A DNA stretch of 63,307 nucleotides, filler included, from Octopus bimaculoides (GCF_001194135.2; 4 parts of 3 records of this genome joined end to end with filler, not necessarily neighbours in it); one strand, 5' to 3'; shown: positions 49,600 to 62,520, numbered from the whole stretch's first letter. Numbers and translations are program-made. The notes: generated by a model not told the origin, from the letters alone.

Positions 49600-49759
49600 T
49601 GTTTTCGTTCCAGCACACGATCTCAGATCAGGTCACTTGCTATGCAAGTACATCTCCGTAAATATATATTAAATGTGCAATAATTCTGACCATTACAGCA
49701 AATATTATATTATAACTGTTAGTTACTTATAATCGGTTGTATGTATATGTTGTTGTTTG

Positions 49760-49962
49760 TGCTTATGTTTGTCCCACCCACCATCGCTTGACAACCGATG
49801 TTGGTGCGTTTAGATCCCCGTCACCTAACGGTTCGGGAAAAAGACCGATAGAATAAGTACTGGGCTTACAAAGAATAAGTCCTGGGATTGATTTATTCGG
49901 CTAAAGGTGGTGCTCCAGCATGACCGCAGTCAAATGACTGAAAAAAGTAAGAGAGTAAAAGA
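49760..49962 (+). mobile_element. SINE family A, 3' half
   Basis: CCATCGCTTGACAACCGATGTTGG...GACCGATAGAATAAGTAC...GCAGTCAAATGACTGAAA. Confidence 0.9.
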
Positions 49963-50054
49963 GTAATATATATATATATGTATTATTTATTGTTATTATT
50001 TAATTGAACGCCACGCATCCATTTCCAAGTAAGTGTATATATATATGCTTTTAT

Positions 50055-50427
50055 TTTTTATTCTTTTATATGTTTCAGTCATTTGACTGCGGCCATGCTG
50101 GTGCACCGCCTTTACTCGAGCAAATCGACCCCAGGACTTAATGCTTGTAAGCCTTGTACTTATTCTATCGGTCACTTTTCCCGAACTACTAAGTTACGGA
50201 GACGTAAACACACCAGCATCGGTTGTCAGCGATGTTGGGGGAACAAACACAAACACACAATCAAACACACACACACACACATACACACACATATATATAT
50301 ATACACACGACGGGCTTCTTTCAGTTTCCGTCTACCAAATCCGCTCACAAGGCTTTGGTCGGCTCGAGGCTATAGGAGAAGACACTTGCCCAAGTTGCTA
50401 CGCAGTGGGGCTGAACTCGGAACCATG
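50055..50427 (-). mobile_element. SINE family A, near full length
   Basis: TTTCAGTCATTTGACTGCGGCCATGCTGG...GACACTTGCCCAAG...CTGAACTCGGAACCATG. Confidence 0.9.
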
Positions 50428-50520
50428 CATTATATTATGTATTATTTTATTCTTTTATACGTTCCCGGTACTGAAATATTCCTGGCTTTGGGTGAAAGAA
50501 AATACAGGCGGATGATACAG

Positions 50521-50702
50521 TTCTATATTTAAGAGATGAGGAATTACGTACATTATTTGCATTATTTACAATTGACGGATATTTGCCCTCACCTTGTTTG
50601 TTGTTAACACAACGTTTCGGCTGATATACCCTCTAGTCTTCATCAGGTGTCTTGGGGTTCGAAATTTCCCCAAGACACCCGATGAAAGCTGGAGGGTATA
50701 TC
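50521..50702 (-). mobile_element. F1 tail and hammerhead (minus) joined to an inverted partial copy (plus)
   Basis: 50521-50657 is the reverse complement of the F1 3' half. 50658-50702 reads TTCGAAATTTCCCCAAGACACCCGATGAAAGCTGGAGGGTATATC on the plus strand. Confidence 0.88.
50606..50651 (-). ncRNA. Minimal hammerhead (F1) with intact core and damaged stem II
   Basis: Minus strand reads GACAC-CTGATGA-A-GACTA-GAGGGTATAT-CAGCC-GAAA-C-GTT-GTGTT, with two A.C mismatches in stem II. Confidence 0.65.
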
Positions 50703-52607
50703 GCGAGGTTTTTTTGGAATGTAACACTCGCGATAGTAGAGGGCTTACTGTGTCTGGAATGATTGATAAGATAGAAACGTTTAAGAAGATTGGCATGACA
50801 TTTGGTGTTCCTCTTTCAGGAAGGGAGATAAATGTTATTGACAAAATCATATGAAATTATTTCAAATCTATAAGATTCATCTGTAAATACTTCAACTAAA
50901 ATTGTTTGTATTACTTTTATTTCCCTTTTTTTTACATACAAAGAAAATAGACTTCGACATATCTTGCTGTGTTATAAAGCTACAATAATTTCACAAATTG
51001 TAGGTTAAATGCCGGTTAAATACAGAATTCAAACAGGGAAAATTCAAGTAATTAATTTGCAACTGTTTAGATGAATGTATTTGTGAAAATTTTCATCTAT
51101 AAGTCAGTTAGATAATTTATGTTGTAAAAATATTATGGACAGCATTCATAAATGTTTTCGTGTTTCCGTGTCAATGGGATAATTTATGCTGTCAAGTTTC
51201 ATGTGTGCAAACAGATAACTGGCTATCTTACAAAGAAAAAAAATTCGGTTAAACGTACACATATTTATTGGCAGAAATTCCTTTTCAAACTACGTCAAAG
51301 TAAAAGTTAGCTTGCTCTTAAGAGAGTGCACAGCGAGCAGAATAACAACCGATGCATGATTGCTGTCAGAATTTAAAATCCGGCACAGTAAATAGATGTG
51401 TTTATGTCGAACGAATGACGCCACACGAAAAAAGATAGAGGTGAATAAATTTTCAAGTAAATTTACAGGTAGATTAGGCTTCCCTAGTTACTAGTCTCTG
51501 ATTGGTTAAACCAGAACGTGTTATGAGATCGAATTAAAATGGCAGCAGTCGAAATGGCGTCGCTACAAATATACATACCACTAATATGAATCTCAACGAG
51601 GTCGCTTCACAGTTAGAAAGAGACATAAAATAGAAAGAGAGAGCATATCGAGTAAAGGAGTCCAAGATAAACTATGAATGAAGTAAAGACGAAATGGTCA
51701 TCACCAGAATTTCTTTTCTCACATAGTCACCTGCTAACTTTCAAAGATATAAAGATACAAAGGTTTAAGTACTGGTGATAAGATTTTAGCTAGAAAGGCG
51801 ATTATAAATGTACATGCGCGCACATAGACACACACAGAATCCAGATATTGGAACAAAAATTTATTATGGTAATAAAGCAATATGCATAGTAGTAAGTTTT
51901 ATAAAGATCACTCGAAATGACTGTAAAATAGAGCTACTATATTAGGTAAATAAAATTTAATGTTTTGTCACTAAGATAGAGATTACAAAAGAGCGGTGAA
52001 TGAACTTCCAATTCGTAAATGAAGTCTCTCAGTTATGTGTAGCAAAATTAGACTGAGAAACTAAAGTAACTCTATTGCCAGAATCAGAAGTGAAAAATAA
52101 GCAGCAGAAACGAAAGAATGTTGTGCCAACTGTGAACGACAACATTGCATCAATAAATATATCAGCAATTGTTTGGTAATCTTCCAATGTGCTACAACAC
52201 TGCCAAAACAGTCAATAAATCAAACAGTTGATATGGAAATATTGTTGTAGTGGAAGAAATTATAGACCAAACTAGAAGTCACGTGATTAATGTCAGTATT
52301 GGAAATGATTTATGTGATACACACTGAATTGGTGGCACGGGGAATTGTGACACAACACCATGATACAGCACTACGACACGTCCCTGTAAGACAGCCCTAT
52401 ATGATTGTATTGTGAGTGTATAGACCGACGCTGTTATATTGTAGTGTCACTGTTACCGTTGACTGTACGTTACCGTTGACTCTACGACACAGCGCTATGT
52501 CAAAGCACTTCGATATAACGCTGCACCATCACAATGTTACCTTATAATGTTGCATTGAACCTCTTCTCCATGACATTGTACCTTGATACGTATTGGTATA
52601 CACAACC

Positions 52608-52637
<30 letters not shown>

Positions 52638-52658
<21 letters not shown>

Positions 52659-53654
52659 AACTTCACGAAAGAGGGAAGAAAGGGAGAAGTAGCACACAAA
52701 CAGGTGCGAGTGTTAGTATGAACGCTAACACCGCCACCACCACCACCACAACTACAAATGTTACCACCATTACAACTACCAACAACAACAACAACAAAAA
52801 CAAGGACGCAAGGTCATCCGCCACGAATATCTCTGCTAATACAAACACTGTCTTCACCACTGCTACCACCACTACCGCCGCCACCACCACCACCACCACA
52901 ACAACAAACACGAACTTTGTCGAGGCTTTGAAACCAAGGAAAGAAATAATGAATTTCACGAAAGAGGAGTTACTCGAATGCAAAAGTATGCTCACCAAAA
53001 ACGATATAACAATCCATCTACAGACACCCACAGACATTACAAAAACATTGCAAAAAGAAAAAAAAACAATTATTTATAAAACGCTCAACACAAAAACAAA
53101 GACTCCAGAAAAATTTAGTCAGGAAAATGTCGAGAGATGTTTAAGGCCCATATGGGCTTTTAAAAACTACATTACGAGGGGAAACAGGTTCGCAACAATC
53201 GAAGTGATATTCGACAGCGAACAGCGAGCCAGGGACCTCTCCACAAAGTCATTTCAACATGAAAACCTGCTCATGATCCCTACGTACCTTGGTCGTAGGG
53301 TGACAAAAATAAAAAACATCCAATTTGCCTCCTGAAATTGAAGTAAAATGGCTCGTATCGGTCATATGTTACGACATAGAGGAGGAAATAAATATTTTAG
53401 AAGTCACTGCCCCGGACCATGAAAACTGGATTGGCCAGGAAATTCAACTTCTTGTACAAGTTGATCCAGCCAATTACGAAAAGATTTCTCACAGAATCCA
53501 ATTAACAGAGGATTCGAGCTTCCGTGTTGCCGTCGAAGGCAGAAGGTCAAGTTGCTACGTTTGTAGTAGCAAAACTCACTTAAGATGCCCAGTAGCTCAG
53601 GAGCAAAGGCAACAACAACGTCAACAACAAAACCAAGAAAAACAACAACAATAA
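52638..53654 (+). pseudogene. Non-LTR retrotransposon ORF1-like protein (L1/Tx1-like; RRM-like region plus CCHC knuckle), one frameshift near 53310-53330
   Basis: Thr/Asn-rich leader, then ITRGNRFATIEVIFDSE...IPTYLGRRVTKIK / PPEIEVKWLV...FRVAVEGRRSSCYVCSSKTHLRCP. No splice structure and no ORF2 follows. Confidence 0.7.
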
Positions 53655-54304
53655 CCACAAGAAAACCATAAACAGAACAAAAAGCCAGCATTACTGCCCA
53701 CACCGCCATATACACAACTGGTTAAGCAGCTGTACAAAGAAATGCAGAAACGCCAACAACCAGCAGGCCATAAAATGCATTGTTCGGAGCGGAAGCTATA
53801 GTGGTAGCCCTTATTACACGCATACTGTTGAAACAAGGCTAAAAGCAAGAAAGCAAGTGGTTTCTATACATACATACATACATGCATGCATACATGTGTA
53901 TATATATCGCACACACACGCGCATGAAAGTGGGTATCCTGTTAGAACATAGAATACTACGATAGATATGGAGAGAAGCATCTGCTAATGATATTAAAACG
54001 AGTGCTTATATGCACCTCAAATCTATACGAGAGTTTCTCTCATGTTAGCTGTCATATTATTCTGTTCTAACACATCTACTTTATGTGGGGATATATATAT
54101 ATATATATATANNNNNNNNNNNNNNNNNNNNNNNNNNNNNNNNNNNNNNNNNNNNNNNNNNNNNNNTCCCCCTCTCTCACATTTCCTGACCTTCTATTCA
54201 TGCACACTTTCCCTCCTCTTTCACTTCACTCTGTCCATTTCATTTTTTGCTCGCCCCTCCTTAATTCTTCTATCCCTCTGCCTCTACCTCTCTCTCTCTC
54301 TCTT

Positions 54305-54790
54305 CTCTCCCCACGTGACTAGTGTTCGGCCAAGCCTGGCCTTTCTTTCTTAGTTCGACTACCATCCGTGCAACATCTATATTCCTCCCTGTGCCTGTCA
54401 AACCATATGTCCCTGCCGTAAAGCTTTACTTCCACACACGCCAACTTAATTTAATTCGTCCTTAGTCTAAAGACACCTGTTGTTATATCCTGTTATTTGC
54501 ATTTGTATTCGTGTACCATTTCTCCGTTTATTTTCCGTCCTTGTTTTCGTATACATCCGCTGCTTTCTTCCAAGGAATCTAATGTTCTTAGCTTAGTTTT
54601 TCCTTGGGGCTGGCCAGATTGGAGCAATCTCCAGTATAACCAGCCGAAATTGGAAAGATAATCTGGAACTCGACTGAAGAAAGAACTCTGAATGACCCGT
54701 CCTTGTTTTCTTTGTATCGCCTATCTGGATATTTTCTTATCCCTTTTTTTGTATCACCTGTCTGTCTGGGTGTTTTTTTTGTGGATATAT
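54305..54790 (+). mobile_element. Unclassified dispersed repeat (family F4); related to 13470-13560, 58978-59165 and 59795-59970 on the minus strand
   Basis: AATCTGGAA..T.GACTG....GA...GAA.GACCCGTCCTTGTTTT is shared with the reverse complement of 13483-13545. 58978-59165 and 59795-59970 are direct repeats of each other; their link to this copy is weaker. Confidence 0.45.
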
Positions 54791-55210
54791 ATATACACCC
54801 ATCTATATATACCTATCTAGGTAGTGGGTCGGGGGCTGTGTTTGTGTGTGGTTTTAAATAGCTATCAACAATATTTAAATTAAGTTGAGTAGAATTAACT
54901 GCATGACGTTAGCGGAACTTTGATGAAATTGTAAATCATCAAAAATATGTAAATATATGTAAAGCTATAAAATCTTTATTTGAAATCCACGTCCACGCAT
55001 AACTCTGTCTGCTCTTACGACGAAAAGCAGTTGGAATTTCAACTTTAATTATATAATTTACATAAAATATTGTTTTGTGCTGTTGTAATGCTACATGTGA
55101 AAAAAAAACAACATTTACTTTTGTCTTGTGCAATGCAAGTTTCACTCAAAGTAATGTTGAAGACTGCTATGATATTCTACATATTCTGATGTGTCAATGT
55201 TTCATTTATA

Positions 55211-55375
55211 TTTGAGTTCAAATTCAGACACGATCGACTTTGCCTTTCATCCCTTCAGGGTCGATTAAATAAGTACCAGTTACGCACTGGGGTCGATGCA
55301 ATCGACTAAATCCCATTGTTTGTCCTTGTTTGTCCCCTCTATATTTAGCCCCTTGTGGGCAATAAAGAAATAAAT
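55211..55375 (+). mobile_element. SINE family B, 5'-truncated
   Basis: GAGTTCAAATTC...GACTTTGCCTTTCATCCCTTCAGGGTCGATTAAATAAGTACCAG. Confidence 0.85.
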
Positions 55376-56282
55376 ATTTCATTTATATAAATGTTGCAGA
55401 AATGCATTTACTTCTTGTCAATTCCGGCATTTACTTCTTGTCAATTCTGAGTTTACAGTTAACCAACCTCGCCTCATTGGCGTATTTCTACTGTATGATG
55501 ATAATAGCGTATTTACATTCTGGGATTTTGCTGTCTCTGCAATGTATTGAAAATGCAGTTTCTCTGTTCTGTCATCGCTGAGTATCTCTATTCTCTTATT
55601 GCTTATACTCTCTATTTCATTTAATTAAACTGCCGTCTAAAATTCTATTGATATATTCTTGGCATTAATGTTGTTATCAAACTTCCCTTCTAGCCAATAT
55701 CTTCACTGCAATAACTATTAAGAACTGTGTTTCTTCTTTTGCTTTTGTTGTTGTTGTTGTTGATAATGATAATGATGACGATGAAGACGACGGCGACCAC
55801 GATGATGACAACATTGATGGTGTTGTTGATGATGATGAAGATGATAATGATAATGATAATGATGGTGATGTTGATTATGGTGATGATGTTGAACGTCAAT
55901 GTTTCTGTGATCGTTGAATAGTGTAATTGACGCTATAGCGGTCGTTAAACCTTCTTATATTTTATGAAATAAATATTGGAGAAATATTCTTGATAAAACG
56001 TAATGTTGACCTCCTGGACTATTTTTCACCCTTGCCACGACCCATGTCATTGACGCCAGTGTTTTTATAAAGAAAATCTATGATTGTGTGTAATACTTAA
56101 ATATTAGTGCCGTTATGTGAAGCTGTAGGACATTAACTATAGCAGCACTTACTGATCTCTCATCTATACATGTCCAGCCTACATTATCGATTAGAGTTTG
56201 CACTTAACTCTACACACTACTTCGCTTGCTAAATTAATAACCTTATTCGTAGCATTACATTGAGTTTATTATTATAATTATA

Positions 56283-56317
<35 letters not shown>

Positions 56318-56379
56318 CATTATTATTATTATTATTATTATTATCATTATTATTATTATTATTATTGGTATTATTGTCA

Positions 56380-56744
56380 TGGTGGCGAGCTGGCAGAATC
56401 GTTAGCAAGCCGGGCAAGACGCTTCGCGGCATTTCGTCTGTCTCCACGTTCTGAGCTGAAATTCGACCTGGGTCGATTTTGCTTTTCATCATTCGGAGTC
56501 GATAAAATAAGTACCAGCTGAATACTGAGGCCGATGTAATCGAATTAACCCCTCCTCCGAACTTGCTGGCCTTGTGCCAAACTTTGAAACAATTATTATT
56601 ATTATTGTTATTGCGAGCTGGCAGAATCGTTAGCATACCGGACAAAATGCTTCGTGGTATTTCGTCTGTATTTACGTTCCGAGTTCAAATTCCGTCAAGA
56701 TTGGCTTTGATTTCTATCCTCTCGGTGTCGATAAAATAAGTAGC
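56380..56744 (+). mobile_element. Two tandem SINE family B copies
   Basis: GCGAGCTGGCAGAATCGTTAGCA begins near both 56385 and 56613. Confidence 0.88.
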
Positions 56745-57510
56745 ATTCTCGGTGACTCCTGGGGTTTATTCACACCGCGTCTTTACATTTTGTTGGCCAT
56801 GATTTCCACAGAGCTCCCAATGGTTCATTCTTGCCGCATTATCATGTCGTCTTTTGTATTCACGTTGTGCCAGTTTCGGGCATTCGCTAACGATGTGCCA
56901 TGCCGTTTCACCCCTCTCACCACTCATTCTGTCTTTGTCAGTAGTGCTGTCGGTAGTGTTGTCGATTCTGCACTTCACATAGTTAGTCCTTAATGTTTGT
57001 TCTTGTGCTGCGCATATAAGTGCTTCTGTCTCTATCTTCAGGTCACTCCTCATCAGCCATAGCAACCGGTCGTCTGTATCTCTCTTGACGTTGGTATCTC
57101 TTGCAAACTGACCGTAAATGTCTTTCTCCTTCCATGCTGTTTCTTTTTTATGTTCCTTTCCTCTTTAAGTTTTCTTTCTTTACACAATTATCAGTTTTAA
57201 TGACCCTGGGCTTCTTCACATGTTTCAATAATGGTTCCACGGTATATTTTACATACTACCCCGAGCTGTTTTTCTCTGTTTCGACACAATCCTGACAGCT
57301 GATCTAACCTCTCTCACTCTTTCTTGTGGACAAGTGCAGCCTAAGGTGAAAGTCTCCGTACACTGTCAATATCTTTCTTGTCTTCCTATTCATGTTCATC
57401 AGTTCTTTCTTTTGCCAGTTAATGAGTCCAACTCCATACCAAAGTGATGCCCATGTATTAACTGCTTGGATTTTATTCCATCCGACAGTTTTGAGCGCAC
57501 GTCTATTTGT
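56745..57510 (-). mobile_element. R4/Dong-like LINE fragment (thumb to zinc knuckle)
   Basis: NKIQAVNTWA...NRKTRKILTVYGDFH and SDLKIETEALICAAQEQTLRTNYVKCRID...GETAWHIVSECPKLAQREYKRRHDNAARMNHWELC. Confidence 0.9.
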
Positions 57511-57863
57511 ACGTCCTTAGTGTGGCCTTTAGCTGTACAGGATGCTAGTGTACAATAGCAGTGCTATCCTAGATGTAAGAGTAATGCACTATTGGGAGCC
57601 TCACCTGAGTTTGTAGAATATCAGTAACTGCTGGGAAGGAAGTTTCTTCTAGCCACGAAGAAAAAGACCAGTCATTTGGATGTATTTCTAGCTTTATGAA
57701 GTATGAGCTTTCGAAACTATGACAGAAGACGAAGAAATAGTTCAGGTGTTGATTATAGGCAACTAACGCGAATAAAGTTTTATATGAAACAAGTGTAAAT
57801 TATGTTTAAAAAAAGGGCATATATTACTGGTTGATAGAAGTTATATTTCTTACATGGTATAGG

Positions 57864-57894
<31 letters not shown>

Positions 57895-58812
57895 NNNNNN
57901 NNNNNNNNNNNNNNNNNNNNNNNNNNNNNNNNNNNNNNNNNNNNNNNNNNNNNNNNNNNNNNNNNNNNNNNNNNNNNNNNNNNNNNNNNNNNNNNNNNNN
58001 NNNNNNNNNNNNNNNNNNNNNNNNNNNNNNNNNNNNNNNNNNNNNNNNNNNNNNNNNNNNNNNNNNNNNNNNNNNNNNNNNNNNNNNNNNNNNNNNNNNN
58101 NNNNNNNNNNNNNNNNNNNNNNNNNNNNNNNNNNNNNNNNNNNNNNNNNNNNNNNNNNNNNNNNNNNNNNNNNNNNNNNNNNNNNNNNNNNNNNNNNNNN
58201 NNNNNNNNNNNNNNNNNNNNNNNNNNNNNNNNNNNNNNNNNNNNNNNNNNNNNNNNNNNNNNNNNNNNNNNNNNNNNNNNNNNNNNNNNNNNNNNNNNNN
58301 NNNNNNNNNNNNNNNNNNNNNNNNNNNNNNNNNNNNNNNNNNNNNNNNNNNNNNNNNNNNNNNNNNNNNNNNNNNNNNNNNNNNNNNNNNNNNNNNNNNN
58401 NNNNNNNNNNNNNNNNNNNNNNNNNNNNNNNNNNNNNNNNNNNNNNNNNNNNNNNNNNNNNNNNNNNNNNNNNNNNNNNNNNNNNNNNNNNNNNNNNNNN
58501 NNNNNNNNNNNNNNNNNNNNNNNNNNNNNNNNNNNNNNNNNNNNNNNNNNNNNNNNNNNNNNNNNNNNNNNNNNNNNNNNNNNNNNNNNNNNNNNNNNNN
58601 NNNNNNNNNNNNNNNNNNNNNNNNNNNNNNNNNNNNNNNNNNNNNNNNNNNNNNNNNNNNNNNNNNNNNNNNNNNNNNNNNNNNNNNNNNNNNNNNNNNN
58701 NNNNNNNNNNNNNNNNNNNNNNNNNNNNNNNNNNNNNNNNNNNNNNNNNNNNNNNNNNNNNNCACACACACACAAACACCCCCCCCCCACACACAAACAC
58801 ACATATATATAG

Positions 58813-58970
58813 GACGGGCTTTTTTCAGTTCCCGCCTACCAAATCTACTCACAAGGCTTGGTCGGCCCGAGGCTACAGTAGAAGACATTTGTCCAAGGTG
58901 CTACGCAATGGGACTGAACCCCGAACTATGTGGTTGGTAAGCAAGCTATTTACCACCGAGTCACTCCTGC
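58813..58970 (-). mobile_element. SINE family A, 5' half
   Basis: CTACCAAATCTACTCACAAGGCTTGGTCGGCCCGAGGC...GGGACTGAACC...CACTCCTGC. Confidence 0.88.
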
Positions 58971-59974
58971 ATATATCAAAAGTTAGACAAACAAAGGAAA
59001 AATAGCCGAAAACTGGGCGAAAACATAACAGACAGACAAGGGAGACAAGAATACGATACAAGGAACATTCGCAGCTGACTTTCTCATCAATTGGTTTCTG
59101 AGACGTCTTAGTGGTTTCACACTATCTGAAACCAAAACCACTGTTATCTAACGAGAACACCAGAGCATAGAGCTACAGCAAAAAGCTGACTAATGTGTGC
59201 GAGGACATGACGAAATAACATTGCGTGTACAATAAGAAATAACAAGATCTAACATAAGGAAATATAGAATATAGAATAGAAAATGCTTTACGGCTGAACT
59301 ATAAGCAAAAGAATAATTATACTATACAATATTAAAGCAATACAATACAAACAGGAAAAAGACTTTTCGGCTATCAAGAGAGATGTAGTGAGGTAGCGCA
59401 AAGAAATGGAAAATGTCCGTGAGGGACGGAACACAAACGTATCTGATTTGGCCAGTAGGAGGCCGAAAAAGAACGACGCACTTTGACTAGACACCGGCCA
59501 CGTGGTAGGAGAGAGGAGAGGTGATGGAAGGACTAAGGAATGACAGAGGGAAAGAGAGAGGCAGAAGGGTAAGAGAGAGAGAGGCAGAAGGGTCAGAGAG
59601 AGAGAGAGGCAGAAGGGTAAGAGAGAGAGGAGAAAGAACAGGGTCCAAGGGAGACAATTAAGGGGGAGGGGAAAAAAGAGAGAAGAAATAGGAGAGGAAG
59701 AAAGAGCTAAAGAGTCGCACTACAAATATTCAGAGAATATCTTTTACAGTTAAGTAAATAAGCGGGGGTGCATTGTGCTGTAATAAATATTTCAAAAGTT
59801 AGACAGAGAAGGGAAAAATAGACGGAAACTGGGAGAAAACATAACGGACAGAAAAAGGAGACAAAAACACTATACAAGGATCATTTGCAGCTAATTTTCT
59901 CATCAGTTTGTTTCCGAGACGACCTAGTGGCTCCACGTTATTTAAAACCAAGACCACTGCTATGTAATGGGAGC

Positions 59975-60006
<32 letters not shown>

Positions 60007-60495
60007 NNNNNNNNNNNNNNNNNNNNNNNNNNNNNNNNNNNNNNNNNNNNNNNNNNNNNNNNNNNNNNNNNNNNNNNNNNNNNNNNNNNNNNNNNNNNNN
60101 NNNNNNNNNNNNNNNNNNNNNNNNNNNNNNNNNNNNNNNNNNNNNNNNNNNNNNNNNNNNNNNNNNNNNNNNNNNNNNNNNNNNNNNNNNNNNNNNNNNN
60201 NNNNNNNNNNNNNNNNNNNNNNNNNNNNNNNNNNNNNNNNNNNNNNNNNNNNNNNNNNNNNNNNNNNNNNNNNNNNNNNNNNNNNNNNNNNNNNNNNNNN
60301 NNNNNNNNNNNNNNNNNNNNNNNNNNNNNNNNNNNNNNNNNNNNNNNNNNNNNNNNNNNNNNNNNNNNNNNNNNNNNNNNNNNNNNNNNNNNNNNNNNNN
60401 NNNNNNNNNNNNNNNNNNNNNNNNNNNNNNNNNNNNNNNNNNNNNNNNNNNNNNNNNNNNNNNNNNNNNNNNNNNNNNNNNNNNNNNNNNNNNNN

Positions 60496-60539
<44 letters not shown>

Positions 60540-61952
60540 CACACACACACACACACACACATATAAATATATGCATATATATACATGTATATAGGCATCT
60601 CTCTCTCTCTATAAATTGTAGTGTGTATATTCTGTAAACTTGAATTACAATTATAATTTCTTTTACTGTCCTCGTGACTGACGTTTAGCTTCTGTATTTA
60701 GCTTAGCTTCTCTCTTTTGTCATGAAGTGTAACATTATTTATCTTCCAGGATCACTTATTAGTCACATCATTCTCTGAAAACTGCCTTAATCTATTTACA
60801 TTGCAGCTGTTTAATATGTGACTGACAATTAGATTAGACAATTTCCACCTGATTTGCCAGGTATATATGGACATTTCGCAGCAGCTTTCTTCTGCTGGTG
60901 TATTCCGTTAGATGAGCGTAGTTTATCAACTTCTCCATATACACTCATCTAAGACATTGTGTAAGGCAGTTTCTGTTCTCAACATCGTGAGTGCCAGGAT
61001 ATTTATTGAGGTCGTTTAGAGCTAAACTCGTCCTCATAATTAGATTTTTCTTTCAAGTGGTGCTACTATCTCAACTTAATCTTCAAAGCTGCATTCTGTA
61101 TTTCAATATTTCAATTTCTGGAGTTGGTGCTAACACGAATTTATGCTTCCTCTCTAGTCTAAAGACTTTATAACAGAGTTATTACACTAGCCTAATAGAT
61201 TTTTTTTACACAGGGACTCTCAATCATACACAAGAGTGTGAACGACACAGTTGAGATAATATGAGGCGTAATGTGTATATATGTCTGTGGGTGTGTATGG
61301 ATGTGTCATGTGTGTCTCGTGAGTGTCGCACGCGCGTGTGTATGTGTGTGTGTGTGTGTGTGTGTCCTGTGTGTGTGTGTGTGTGTGTGCCTTATGATCT
61401 GTGAAACGGAATTGAGTTTTAGTCAGTTGGTTTAGCAAATTTCTAGTGAAGAAAAAAGATTTCAAAGAAAATTCCACAACCAAAAGTTAATAGAAAATGG
61501 CATGGCATGAACTTATAGAGGAAGAAAATTAATAATCAAACAAGTAGATTTAATAGTTTTTTTCTCCTTCAATATACTATGTCAGAAAACAAAGAATAAA
61601 ATAAAGAAAAAGAAGATAACATCTAACTCTCATTGCTAAAACCATTGCAGTGCACCTATCACTGTCAATAAAAGTATGTCTTTTTAAAACAATCATCTCA
61701 CACGTCAGACAGATGTCACCCTTTTCCTCATTTTCTGCATGAACTTCTCTTTTCTTCTCGAAATTAAAGAAAATGGCTCCCGGCAATCTGTATAATGTCG
61801 TGGCAACAGTGAAGAAATGTATGATATGTCTCCTTAAATCATTGTCAACAGCACAGCATTCTGGGATAAATTGTGGGTGATATTTGTTATCACATACATG
61901 TGTCCAACTGTACGAATCTACAAGCTCTGTGTGAGTGGCGTGTGAACGTGTA

Positions 61953-61990
<38 letters not shown>

Positions 61991-62274
61991 AGTGTGTGTA
62001 TGTGTGTAAGCTTGTGAATATTTAAATGCGTGTCTACTGAAACATCAGTCGGTGTGTTTGTATATACGTTTGTATGTGCATAAATGTATAAATGCTAATA
62101 TATCTATATCTATATGTGTGTGCGTGTATGTGTGTGTGTTTGTGTGTATGTGTGTGTATATATATTTGTATGTNNNNNNNNNNNNNNNNNNNNNNNNNNN
62201 NNNNNNNNNNNNNNNNNTTAATTAATTAANNNNNNNNNNNNNNNNNNNNNNNNNNNNNNNNNNNNNNNNNNNNT

Positions 62275-62453
62275 CCACAAGGTCTGTTTGGGTGGTAGAA
62301 CTCCTGTTCGGATGGGTTTGAGTGAGTATCCTGCTTCTTTTGTGGCTGCAGTGGCTGCCGCATATATCATGTCATTTAGCTCAGTGATATTGCCTGTTGT
62401 TTCTGTGGTTGTTAGTTCCGTGACGGCCAGGTTTATGCTATTTATTATTGATG

Positions 62454-62455
<2 letters not shown>
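62275..62455 (-). mobile_element. R4/Dong-like LINE N-terminal fragment starting at an (AAT)n tract
   Basis: The minus frame NITELNDMIYAAATAATKEAGYSLKP...W resembles the L.E.N.L.YAAA motif upstream of the R4-clade RT. Confidence 0.6.

Positions 62456-62520
<65 letters not shown>

Noticed and set aside
622-60637. Long ORFs in the six-frame track made of X runs or [20 protein letters not shown] repeats
   Set aside because: They are translations of N gaps and microsatellites, with no protein motifs or splice support.
60750-60860. AG...GT-bounded segment with a good acceptor (TTATCTTCCAG) and CAG/GTATAT donor
   Set aside because: Stops occur in all three frames, so it is not a coding exon. A non-coding exon cannot be excluded.
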